Origin: Perkinsus olseni
Taxonomy: Eukaryota
Direction of reading: 5' to 3'
Length of the DNA stretch: 48,382 nt
NCBI GenBank assembly: GCA_013115125.1
Contig: JABANN010000240.1
Location: 1 to 48,382 of the forward strand
The translations under genes were made by a program, and so were the position numbers. The notes below the pieces were generated by a model. The model saw only the letters and a program-made list of their open reading frames with translations. It was not told the DNA's origin and ran no database searches. This document shows positions 36,630-48,382 of this stretch, piece by piece; positions within the stretch are counted from its first letter, which is position 1, and every line of letters begins with the position of its first letter.

Positions 36630-38174
36630 TCAACTGGGGCTGATGATGAGCTCGACACCCTGATCTCGAGATGGTGTGGTAGTAGCCCAGAGCACGGCAG
36701 CGGCAGCACAGACGATAGCCCCGAGGCAACCGGCTGCCACAGGAACAGCCTTCCTGATGTCTGTAGTGAAACCAAAACACTTGGAGCCTTTACCTGACCA
36801 CAGGCCAGATAAAGTCAACGAGCAGACATAGCGCAATGTCTTCTCACCTCCAGGCGGAGGGGTGACGAACCTCCGTTGGTCCTTCACAAGCTCCTTGTCC
36901 CTTCTCTTCTGGATGTTACCCCTCTCCTTCTCATCAGCTACTTGACACAGCAGTCTCTTGCTGAATATGCAGCTACACCGGGGCATCCGTTGGGCTGCCT
37001 TCAGCCTCAAGAGCCTCGGCAAGGGAAACGCGTCCCTTACACACAGCCATACCATGTCTATCAGGCGCTCTAGCGAAGGCATATCCAAGGTCGAAGGAAG
37101 GTTTTGACAGAATTGATGGACATGGGGCATATCGAAAGGCTCCACCTGTAGTATGTCGTCTCGATGCATGATGAGGAGGCAGGCTACATAATAGTAGATA
37201 ACGGCCGGATGGCTCGACAGCAAGGAGTCCATCAGCCTCTGGGACATCTCCAGTGTTGGCAAGTTGTGGGCCATCCAGGTGAGGACCCAGGGGACGGCGA
37301 AGTGGGGGGATTGGATATCGGCCTTGCTGAGGGCTCGATAGAGGTCGGGGTCGAGGGCCTCTAAGAGGGCAAAGGAAAGGTCTAGTCCTGGTAGGAGGGC
37401 GTATTGGAAGGGGTAAAAGCACAGGTCCGAGAGGTAGAACAGACAGAGGCGATCCAGCATAGCACAACAGCGAGAGGTACCTGATGATGATGAGTTGGGG
37501 GAAGAGCGGTAGGCAGGGGATAGCCTACTGGGCTCCACTTCAAGGAGTGCCAACGCTATATCATGAAGGCCTTGGTAGTAGTGTAGATGGCCTTCGTGTC
37601 TGCCAACTACGTCCACCAATACCGCAGCCAAGGCCCGCTGCTTCCTCTTCCGTATACTCAGGCGCACGACCGAGCCCTGACCCCTCCAGGAGTTGCCGCT
37701 CCTCGCAACGTCTCTACTGATGACAGGGTAGGACTTCTCTACCTCCTGTAGTGAGGGGAGCTCTCCCTCCTCTTGCTGTGCCGGTGAGGACTCTGCCGCC
37801 GCCGCCGAGAGCCCAAGCAAGGCTGACCACACGCTACGACGTATACTGGAGTTGACGAACCCGAAGGGGGAGTGGGCCAACATTTGGAGCTCATGGAGGT
37901 CGATAACAGGCTCAGCTGCGAGGGCACGGAAGATACGCTGTATCTGTAATAAGAGGGAATCTTTGGACCGCAAGGTCTGCCCTTGTTCAACCTGTTGCTG
38001 TCGGCGTTTCTTCACGGTTCCCGGGCCAATGGCAGCGTGGGAAGCCCTACTGGAGCCTCGCAGGAGGGCCTCGTAGGGGGGAACCTCTGCCTTGGGGGAG
38101 GCTGCTGTGGAGTCGCTGCTGTCGTCCACTGCCGCATAGCGTCGTCTACGAGGTGGGGACATGGCGAAGGGCAT
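36630..38174 (-). CDS. TBC-domain Rab GAP, TBC1D20/Gyp8-like, with C-terminal membrane anchor
   Basis: 'GFVNSSIRRSVWSALLG', 'VISRDVARS', 'LHYYQGLHDI', 'HFAVPWVLTWMAH' and 'RLMDSLLSSHP'; hydrophobic tail AVPVAAGCLGAIVCAAAAVLWA. Confidence 0.88.
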   Translation of the reverse strand: MPFAMSPPRRRRYAAVDDSSDSTAASPKAEVPPYEALLRGSSRASHAAIGPGTVKKRRQQQVEQGQTLRSKDSLLLQIQRIFRALAAEPVIDLHELQMLAHSPFGFVNSSIRRSVWSALLGLSAAAAESSPAQQEEGELPSLQEVEKSYPVISRDVARSGNSWRGQGSVVRLSIRKRKQRALAAVLVDVVGRHEGHLHYYQGLHDIALALLEVEPSRLSPAYRSSPNSSSSGTSRCCAMLDRLCLFYLSDLCFYPFQYALLPGLDLSFALLEALDPDLYRALSKADIQSPHFAVPWVLTWMAHNLPTLEMSQRLMDSLLSSHPAVIYYYVACLLIMHRDDILQVEPFDMPHVHQFCQNLPSTLDMPSLERLIDMVWLCVRDAFPLPRLLRLKAAQRMPRCSCIFSKRLLCQVADEKERGNIQKRRDKELVKDQRRFVTPPPGGEKTLRYVCSLTLSGLWSGKGSKCFGFTTDIRKAVPVAAGCLGAIVCAAAAVLWATTTPSRDQGVELIISPS

Positions 38175-38369
38175 TCTTAGAAAAACTGTGATACCAGAAC
38201 AACGACCCGTCAACTAGACTCGAGACGATGATTCAGGCTGGCCTACAAGACGGTTCAAGAAAGGTGCAAGCTGTGGTAGTTGATGATGATAATGACGACC
38301 TGGGCGGCCTCGCATGGCCCAAGAGTACAGTAGAGGGGCCAGCCCTGACACTAAACGTGGTGGTTGTCG

Positions 38370-40034
38370 TCAATGCCACTGATACAAAGTTGATGATGAT
38401 GGCCTTGAATTAACAGCCTTGGCAACCATCTTCATGTAGTCCCATCGTAGTAGTATTTCGCCATGGTCTATGCTGTCCAATATGATAGTCTTGACCCCTC
38501 CTCTCACAGTACACTCGGCATAGACATCCTGTACCGGCACCACATGATCTCTTTCGGAGAGGAAGACTACCGACCCCTCGGGGAGCTCACAGGGGAACAT
38601 TACGCACTGCATCCAGAAGAAGTTACGGAAGAGGCAACAGGCTATGCCCACCTCCTGAGAGGCTATGTACCGGAGGAACTTGGCAAAGGGACGAACAGGC
38701 CTCTTATAGAGGAAGTTGGCGCAGACGTCAGGTAGCTGTAGATGGATACTCACTGGATCCACCAATACCACACGACAGTGGGAATACAGCTCGGGGCAGT
38801 AGTGCCTGAGCCATGCTATAGTGAAAGTGCCGAAGGAGTGGCCAGCCAAGCAGAGGCGTTGATGACCTTCAGGCACGCCATGCTGTCTGAGGGCACACTC
38901 AACGCCCTTAGCGTACTCCTCTGCAGGGATGACCTCAGCCCAGGGGTCCATCGATACCCAGGGCAACTCGAAGAGGAAGTGCGTCCCTGCTGTGAAGGTG
39001 GGTAGGAAGGGCATGTAGGTGGTGAACCCAATGCCCAGACCATGAAAGAACACCAAGGCCTCCTCGCCTGCCTTCTCAGTACGGCTTCTCTTGTACCAGT
39101 AGGTTACCTTACCCATACGATAGTGACGGTAACCCAGCAAGCGCAAGCCTATGGACCCCAGGAGCTTCAACCCTTTAATGGCGAGGTAGAACACGAATGG
39201 TCTGTGGACAGCCATCACCGGATCTAGAGTCTGACGATTGATCTTAACCTGAGGGGGACCTATCGAAGGCCGTCGACGGAGAAGATACTACATCGCCCCT
39301 GCCTGGCTTTATAGGGAAGCTATGATCCCTCGTCACACGCTCCTTTACAGTCTCCACCCACTGTAGCTCAGACGAGTCCAGTGCCTGGGAGAAGGCCACC
39401 ATGAGGTACTTTGTGCGAGGCTGGTGATGACCTCCAAATGCTTGTAGTAGAAGGCCCAGGCGAAGAACTCGGATATATTCTCATCTCGAAGGTCCTCCTG
39501 CTCCACCCCTGGCTCGAACCTGCAGCACCATCATCAGCCTCGAGACCAGTACTACCGACTATCGACGACAGACTATGGACGAATTTAATAGTCGAGAGAG
39601 CCCAACCTACGTAAGGCCATTGATTCGAAAGTCTTACTGTTCTCAAGACAACTTAAGCCGAATGTACGAGTAGTTTAGCGACTCTACACTTTCCCTAAAA
39701 TTCCCAATTCTCCCATAGCTGCCAGTAGAGTGTTCCAGCCGTCCTCGCTACTACTACCATCCCTTCAAGAGGCGCCACAGCCCTTCAGGATGCCGCTTTA
39801 GCATCTCAGTCACCTTCTCCAGCACATAATCTCGACGGTCATCCGGTACTTCAGGCACCACTGCCGGGGTCTCACTCTGCCTGGCTACATGCCTGCGGTA
39901 CCTACCTACCCGATACCACACCAACCTACCCACCACTACTACTACTACCAGATATAGAACAACACCTCGACCAGTGCCCAGAGAGCCCCCATGAAAGGCA
40001 GCAGTGTACGCTTCCAGGAAGAAGCCACTACCAT
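38370..40034 (-). CDS. Membrane-anchored alpha/beta hydrolase, tandem paralogue 1
   Basis: 'VFFHGLGIG', nucleophile 'AGHSFG', 'LVDPV', 'SERDHVVP' and 'IDHG'. Exon 1 reads MVVASSWKRTLLPFMGALWALVEVLFYIW. Confidence 0.85.
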
Positions 40035-40289
40035 CGCCACATTGATGATGATGATAGACTAACTACTTACTAGGTTTAGCAGCTGTAACGAATCCCCAGC
40101 CCCTGTGACGACGACTGCTCAACACGACAGAGTTATTCGATAGTAGAATAAAAATGGCAACTACTCCTACTACCAATAGTGACGGATGCTGCTGGTGGTG
40201 AAACTGCTAAGGGAAATTCACAATACAAAAGGCAGCATATAAAATGATGAAGGGAAGGCCGATTGTTACACATAGTAGACAGTGAGGAT

Positions 40290-42064
40290 TTACTGCGCAT
40301 TCAGGACCTTAGTGACCTCTCTAAGATACTCAGGCACACCAAGATACCATCCATGGTCTATACCCTTCAACAGCCTAGTATCCACACCAGCTCGTTGGCA
40401 CCCAGTATAAACATCATGTACTGGCACCACATGGTCGTACTCTGATAGGAATACAGTAGTGTCCTCCGGTAGTTCTTCAGGGAAGATAACAGACTGCATC
40501 CAGAAGAAGTCTCTATGCAGGGAGCAGGCTATGCCCAGCTCCTCAGAGGCAATGTAACGTAAAAAGCGCATGAAGAAGCGACGAGGCTTACGGTAGAGGA
40601 AGTTCAAGCAGACATCCGGCAGGTTGAGGTAGATGCAGACAGGGTCCACCAATACCACCCTACTACGATCGAAGACGTCAGGGCAGTGACGCTTGATCCA
40701 TACAACAGGCAAACTGCCAAAGGAATGGCCAGCCAAGCACACCCTCTGGGTGTCGGTTACGCCGCGATCCTTGAGGGCCATCTTAACATCAACAGCATAC
40801 TCATCATCAGGAATAACCTCTGCTAGAGGGTTCATCGATATCCATGGCATCTCGAAGAGGAATTGGGTTGGCTGGTGCAACTTGAATAACATGGTGAGAT
40901 AGGTGACCAAACCGATACCAATGCCATGGAAGAATACGAAGACCTCTTGGGAGCTCTCACCCTGGTCCAACAACGTCTCCTCTAAAGCTGGCTGAGACCG
41001 GTACCAGTACTTTACCCTACCACTACTGTAATGGTGATAGCCTCTAAGACGCAGTATAGCAGCACCGAAGGCCTTGGCTAGGTACACACCACAATAGAAC
41101 GATAAGGGATGGTAGTTGGACACTATTGGATCGATGGTGTTACGCACAGTCTTAACCTGATACCATAACAACAGCTGTCGCGGGGAGGGAATGATCAGTG
41201 AATGATGCTACATCAGCTCTGCCTGGCTTAGGACTGTATCCATACTTATCATAGATCTTGCCCTTAGCCTTCTCTACCCAACGCCACTCCGATGCAGTGA
41301 GATCCTGAAGGGAAGTGCCTTTCGGGTACACGACGCGACTGTGGTTGTTACAGCAGTGTCCTTATAACAAAAGGCCCACGCTAGCATCTCATTCAAGTTG
41401 TCTTGTCGTAGATCTTGCTGTGCTATACTTGGATAAAACCTGAGAATGATAATCAGACAACCGAAATCATAATGAGAGTCTCGTAGCGAGTTCAAGTATC
41501 TCCCTCAGCACTACTCCTAGTGGACCATCGCTCCCAAAGGTATGAGCTGGCTTCACAGTGCCACCCGTAGCGAACGTTAGCTAACCAAGAGTCCAGCTGC
41601 CTTCTTTTACTACCATCCCTTCAGCAACCGCCACACTCCATCTGGGTAATACTGCCCCAGATCCAATACATGATTGAAAACAAAATCTCGTTGCTCGCTC
41701 GACACCACGGGTATGACAGCGGGTGTAGCATTACGAAGAGCTAAACGACGTCGGTACCTTACACAGGAGGGGGCTCATGTAGAGGAGGCGGTAGTAGTAG
41801 TTAGGCGAGGAGGGGTACCATAAGAGGTAACTGCCCTCAGCAGCTGCAGCCCAGAGTGGGAGGAATTTAATAACGTAACCCATAGTGAAAAGAAGAGCAC
41901 TGTCACTACTATTACCAGATGTAGGCCATCCCTTCGGCCAGGGCCCATAATAATATGAACCCAACTACCATAGTAGGTAGGAGTGTATGTTGATGGTAGT
42001 CAGAAGGAAGTACGCCCTCCTCCAGGAGTTGCTCATCTCCCAGTTGACCTTGCACGTCTGACAT
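40290..42064 (-). CDS. Membrane-anchored alpha/beta hydrolase, tandem paralogue 2 (two candidate first exons)
   Basis: 'VFFHGIGIG', 'AGHSFG', 'LVDPV', 'SEYDHVVP' and 'IDHG'. Exon layout is colinear with paralogue 1 (both have ...WRLLKGW). Confidence 0.85.
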
Positions 42065-42160
42065 TATTTCCGTAATATACTTATCTATCACAAGGCACTC
42101 CCCTACCACAACACCCTCCCAACGCCACATCCATCACTCAATAGAAACGTTCCGAGGACA

Positions 42161-42830
42161 TCAGCCATCACTACGGTTAGACGTCCGGCGTGGCCGCTTG
42201 GCCTGGTGGTCTTCGGTATCCTCAAGGAGCCCCATAGGTCCAACCATGTCCTCCTCCTTAACCTCATCGGAGCCGAGCACAAACTTAACAACATTATGAG
42301 CCGCCTCCAGGGTCTAAAATGATAAGACGAGCGTAGCACCCAGCTGTATCCACTTGGTAGTAGTACCTCCTCACTAACGTTAGGTACCGACTCAATGGCA
42401 GTGTATACGTATACATCACTATTAGCGCATAGCTTGGTGTTGTTGAGAAGCTCACAGGAGCACTGATGAGGCAGGCCGTGGCTGTTGAGGAGATCTAGGG
42501 CCTACGATGAGAGATGAGTGAGGGGACATGATCTCGGGCTATTACCTTGGGTATCCGATCTTGCCGAAGGTTACTAGTATGCAACTCATCCACAAGATAC
42601 GAGCTCAACCTCTTGAAAAGATTCTCCCTGAGAGGATACTCAGTGGCAACTCCCTAGAACCTGTCCCCGTACATTCTCAGTTTATCATGTGAAGGTTCCT
42701 CCTCCTCCACAGGCCCCACTGCAGCCCTCGGTGAGCCGCCGCCCTCAGAGCTGCCTGGACTCGAGGGTGAAGATGACGCTAGTGCAGCTGCCTTGTCCTG
42801 GCTAGCAGCATTAACAACTCTGTCCCTCAT
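42161..42830 (-). CDS. Small 4-exon hypothetical protein
   Basis: MRDRVVNAASQ... splices through three GT-AG introns without a stop to ...HQAKRPRRTSNRSDG*. Confidence 0.6.
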
Positions 42831-43054
42831 GCCTTTACTACCTCCTCTAACCTCTTCCTCTCCTCATTAAGAATCTCCATCACCTCCCAGTTCAACAGTT
42901 CATGCTCGCAGGCGTCCAATACTCGCATGCCAATAACAACAACAACGACAAGGTTGTGGTTTGAGAAAGTTGGCACTCTTGGCTCAACTTGCCTATCTTG
43001 CGTTTCCTCAACGCCATCATCTCCTCTGCATCTTGCATCCCTATTCCTCTTACC

Positions 43055-44427
43055 ATGCCTTACAAGCCCCGTAACAGTCGCGGTAAGAAGGGTGAGGAGG
43101 GCAGTAGTGGCTCATCATGGGACAAGGTTAAACAGAACATCAAAACACGGCCAGCCAGACGACAACAGCATGAGGTAGACGCTCTCGTTATACCAGTGAT
43201 GCCACCGTCATTAATATAGGTTAAGGTCGCTAAGGCTCCTCTGAGGCCTCGTCAACTGATGGCCTCTAGTACATTCCCTTCCACCAAGGATATAGTCGCT
43301 ATTGATTGCGAAATGGTTGGTACTGGCCCTGAAGGAAAGGAAAGTATCCTAGCTCGAGCCAGCATCGTCAACTACTTTGGCAAGGTACTAGGAAGGCAAT
43401 CGTCCACTGGCAGTAAGTTCTCTCTACAGGTGCTACTGGATGCATTGGTAAGGCCTACTAAGAAGGTTACCGACTATCGTACTCAAGTCACGGGGTTAGA
43501 TGAGGCTACTCTTAATAGACTTGGGCAGCCGGCGGAGGAAGTGAAGGCCAAGGCTGCTAGTATACTACTCAACCAGAAGGTTGTTGTTGGCCATGCTATA
43601 CATCATGATCTCGAGGTCTGTGCTAGGTGGTGCCACTCGTGTCACCCCACTCTGGTCCGCGTCAGATCCTTGATTTGAAAGACAAGATAGACTCTATACT
43701 TATACGTGATACCAGTATATACCCTGGCCTTCGACCAGAGGGGCTAACCACGAAGGTGCCGAGCCTGAAGAAGTAATGGTGTGGTATGAGTGCCTTGTCT
43801 TCATCATCAACCTAGGTTAACTGAGCTTTACCTGGATCGTAAGATTCAGACTGGAGCACATAGCTCTGTTGAGGACGCTCGATGTACATTGATGTTGTAT
43901 AAGTTGAAGAAGGATAGATGGGAAGAGGAGGTAGTAGACAGAAGGGGGAGGGGTTTGAAGGGTGGTTTTTAGGTTAAGAAAATCTATCGGATACGAGTCC
44001 ACGATAAGTCCAAGGACTCTCGGAGCAAGGTGGAGGCGAAGAAGGAGGCGCCTACCACTAAGCCGCAGCAGACGAATAAACGACGGCTGTCCATTGACGA
44101 TGAGGTTGTGAAGGAAGAGGAAGGAGATGAGGAGGGAGAGGAAGAAATGGATGATGATGATGTGGGGTCAGAGGGCAGTGTCATTGAGGAGAGGGCTGGA
44201 GGTAGGGCGTACCGGAGAGGTCTGTCCTAAGTTGCCCCCCCTCAGTTGTGGACTCTGATGAGAGCCCCGAGGAGGTGGCCAGGATATGTGGGAAGAACTG
44301 TGACGAGGAGGCGGAGATCTTAGCAGCCTTCAAGGACCTTGCTAGCATGCGAGAGGAGTTCGCCTTCCAGAAACCCAAGGCTAGCAACAACAAGAGGAAG
44401 AAGCGGAAGCAAGGAGATGAGCAGTAA
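43055..44427 (+). CDS. REX4: RNA exonuclease 4 (REX4/REXO4-like DEDDh exonuclease), multi-exon
   Basis: 'VAIDCEMVGTGP', 'LARASIVN', 'VTDYRTQVTG', 'VGHAIHHD', 'IRDTS', 'PSLK' and 'IQTGAHSSVEDAR'; acidic/basic tail. Confidence 0.88.
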
Positions 44428-44558
44428 CGCTCTCCGCAGAGCCTTCAAAAACGTACTTGTTTCTTTCACGCATCGAGTACTTGCGCTCATGGGATGCATA
44501 ATTAAGTGGCGCGTGACGGAGCTCTCAGTTTTGTGAGGTGCTCCTTTCCCGACTGTCA

Positions 44559-45193
44559 ATGTCAACCTCCCAACGTTTTGCCTTCTCCTTCCTTCGGGAT
44601 GGCCTCAAGTTCCGGGCGGGCAGACTGTACGACACCTTCTGGTACTCCCAGAGTAACCTGAAGTGGGTACTGGTCTTCGGTTACCCAGGTAAGCAGCCCC
44701 TCCCCCTTTTCCTCTCACTCCTGCTGTCCCTCAGCCCTCCTCTTCTGGGTGCGTTGGCGTGCTGATCATCAGTATAAGTACCGGGTGTATGTAGCTGATA
44801 GTAATGTTACCCCCGACACAACTAAGAAGGTGCCAGTGTGGGGTAAGGAGTATGGTGCATGGAGCAATGGTAAGCCTGTGTACCAACAGGCCACAGCCAC
44901 GGTTCAGGTCAGTACCACTCCTCTCCCTACTCATCCATTGTAGTGTTCATCTTGTATAGGACCTAAAGGCTGCTGTGTATGGGGGTAAGGATAAGGTGCC
45001 AGAATCAGTCAGGGCCGGCTGCCATGGTCGCATGTTCGAGGATACCGATAACCTAGCCCTCGCTGTAATACCACCACCACCATCCACATCACTGAGCTCT
45101 GTACTATACTCGTCTCAGGTCCGATCCTTCTGTAAGCGAGACCCCATGGTTGTTTTCTGGGATGAGGTTACCGCACAGAAGCAAGTGGCGTGA
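44559..45193 (+). CDS. Small single-TM protein, 4 exons; possibly a myzozoan-specific mitochondrial respiratory-complex subunit
   Basis: Clean splicing gives MSTSQRFAFSFLRDGLKFRAGRLYDTFWYSQSNLKWVLVFGYPALLFWVRWRADHQYKYRVYVADS...EVTAQKQVA*. The gene model is good; the functional guess is from memory only. Confidence 0.65.
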
Positions 45194-45363
45194 GCTGCTG
45201 GAGGCATTGGACGAGGCCTCTTAGTCTATCAAGACGACAGCGGGCGAATAGTAGCATTATTGATGCTGATCCACCGGGATGCTCTTTTTCTTCGCGCTCC
45301 TTATAGTTGTTGTGTTTGTAACTTCTCCATACGGGTGAACTCTTCTCGTGCAGCATTGCTGTC

Positions 45364-46082
45364 ATGCCGATTGTGAAAGAAGAGAAACTGCACAAAAACC
45401 CGAAGTCGTTCGATGCCGTCAAGAAGGAGGTAGTATGATGACACCGAGCTGGAGCCTGGAGAGGTCCGATCGTTAGGTAGAGGCAAGCAAGTATGCCGAT
45501 TGGAAGCATGCCACTGTGGATGCTGCTAAGAAGCGTGCCATATACAGCAGTGGCTCTTACAAGGAGTTCCAGGATATAGTAGCGACGTGTGAGCTCAACC
45601 CAATAGCGAGGAATGAGTTTAGTAGACCAGCCAAGCAACAGACTAATAATAGAGCTCTCAACGGGAAGGAGAATAGACGAGGGAAGGCCTCGCCACTTGT
45701 GGACGCAAATGGGCCTAGAATCAGAGCTCGAGACTTTGAGAGAAACCTTAGACGAGCGAGGACTGATGCTGAGCGCATGGAGCTCCTGTGTGAGCTGGGG
45801 CCTGCCCGGGTGGTTGAGGCGTTGAAAGGCTCCGGTAAGGCGGAGTATGTTGACGCAGAAGTGCTACTGTGCATTCTAGAGGCTTTACGGAGTGCTGTGG
45901 AGGCTGGTCATCACGCTGGTGATGAGGGAGTGTTGAGAGGAATCGTGGAGGCGCTCCTTCGAGACCCTCCCGTGGCCCGGACTATCAGCAGATTCTTAAC
46001 GCCGGAGGAGCGGGGATGGATACGCGAGACTGGGGTGCTGGCTAGAGTGGACTTTGCAACCCTTCAGCTCATATCCAAGTGA
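45364..46082 (+). CDS. CCDC103: CCDC103/PR46b-like dynein attachment factor, 2 exons
   Basis: 'VDAAKKRAIYSSGSYKEFQDIVATCELNPI' fits the Dynein_attach_N pattern. 'ARDFERNLRRA...RMELLCELGP' fits RPAP3_C. Confidence 0.78.
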
Positions 46083-46515
46083 TCCGAGTGGATTCGCATG
46101 TTATGAACCCGCATTCTCCTGTTGTGTTGAAGTAACCATACCGTCGGAGGTGGGGCTCCCGCTGGATGCGTCACAATGCGTTCTGATCAAGTACTAGTCA
46201 CCCGCGGGTACCTTTCGATACAACGGGTAGTCGCCTCGACATCCATCATCGTTTGTGACCTCAACGGAGGTAATTTGGTGGAGCTACCTTAGGGTAGGTT
46301 GAAACACCACCAGCACCAGCACCAACTGCTGCTGCTGCTGCTGCCGCTCGCTGGGACTCCAAGGTGGCACGTGTATAGTTGCATGGTGCCCACGTTTTTC
46401 GTGGTGCCGCACCTGTGTTCTGAGTGAGTATCAGATTCCGTTGTAAGAATTACACTCATGTAGTAGCCGTCGGTATCTTCCTCTTCGTGGTTTCCCCTTT
46501 TCCCTCTCTTTTCCT

Positions 46516-48382
<1,867 letters not shown>

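Noticed and set aside
42970-42990. TCTTGGCTCAA resembling the 3' part of the perkinsid/dinoflagellate spliced leader, upstream of REX4
   Set aside because: Only ~11 nt match. It lacks the CCGTAGCCA 5' half and the terminal AG/GT, so chance is plausible.

Overview
This is gene-dense eukaryotic DNA with short (~45-70 nt) GT-AG introns, very short intergenic gaps and CAG/GTT microsatellites. That style, plus a flagellar dynein-assembly gene, suggests a perkinsid-type alveolate such as Perkinsus (inference only). I can support about 23 spliced or single-exon genes. On the + strand at the start are an ALMT/FUSC-like transporter and a ZIP transporter. A ~37 kb block of 16 genes then runs on the - strand: dienelactone hydrolase, two ZNF706/At2g23090-like paralogues, a GT31 glycosyltransferase, an MCTP-like C2 protein, peptidase C69, a Rap1-like protein, XPF, REEP/Yop1, TBC1D20-like, two alpha/beta hydrolases and four hypotheticals. 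One + strand secreted-protein gene interrupts this block. A final + strand block holds REX4, a small single-TM protein, CCDC103 and an acyl-CoA-synthetase-like gene. I found no rRNA, tRNA, CRISPR array or transposon. The best leads are an apparently complete BRCT-Myb-RCT Rap1/TERF2IP homologue, a secreted protein with NLS-like and SUMO-interacting motifs, a conserved 42-nt hairpin upstream of both zinc-finger paralogues, and duplicated alternative first exons in a hydrolase. Gene models were spliced by eye and family calls come from remembered motifs, not searches.
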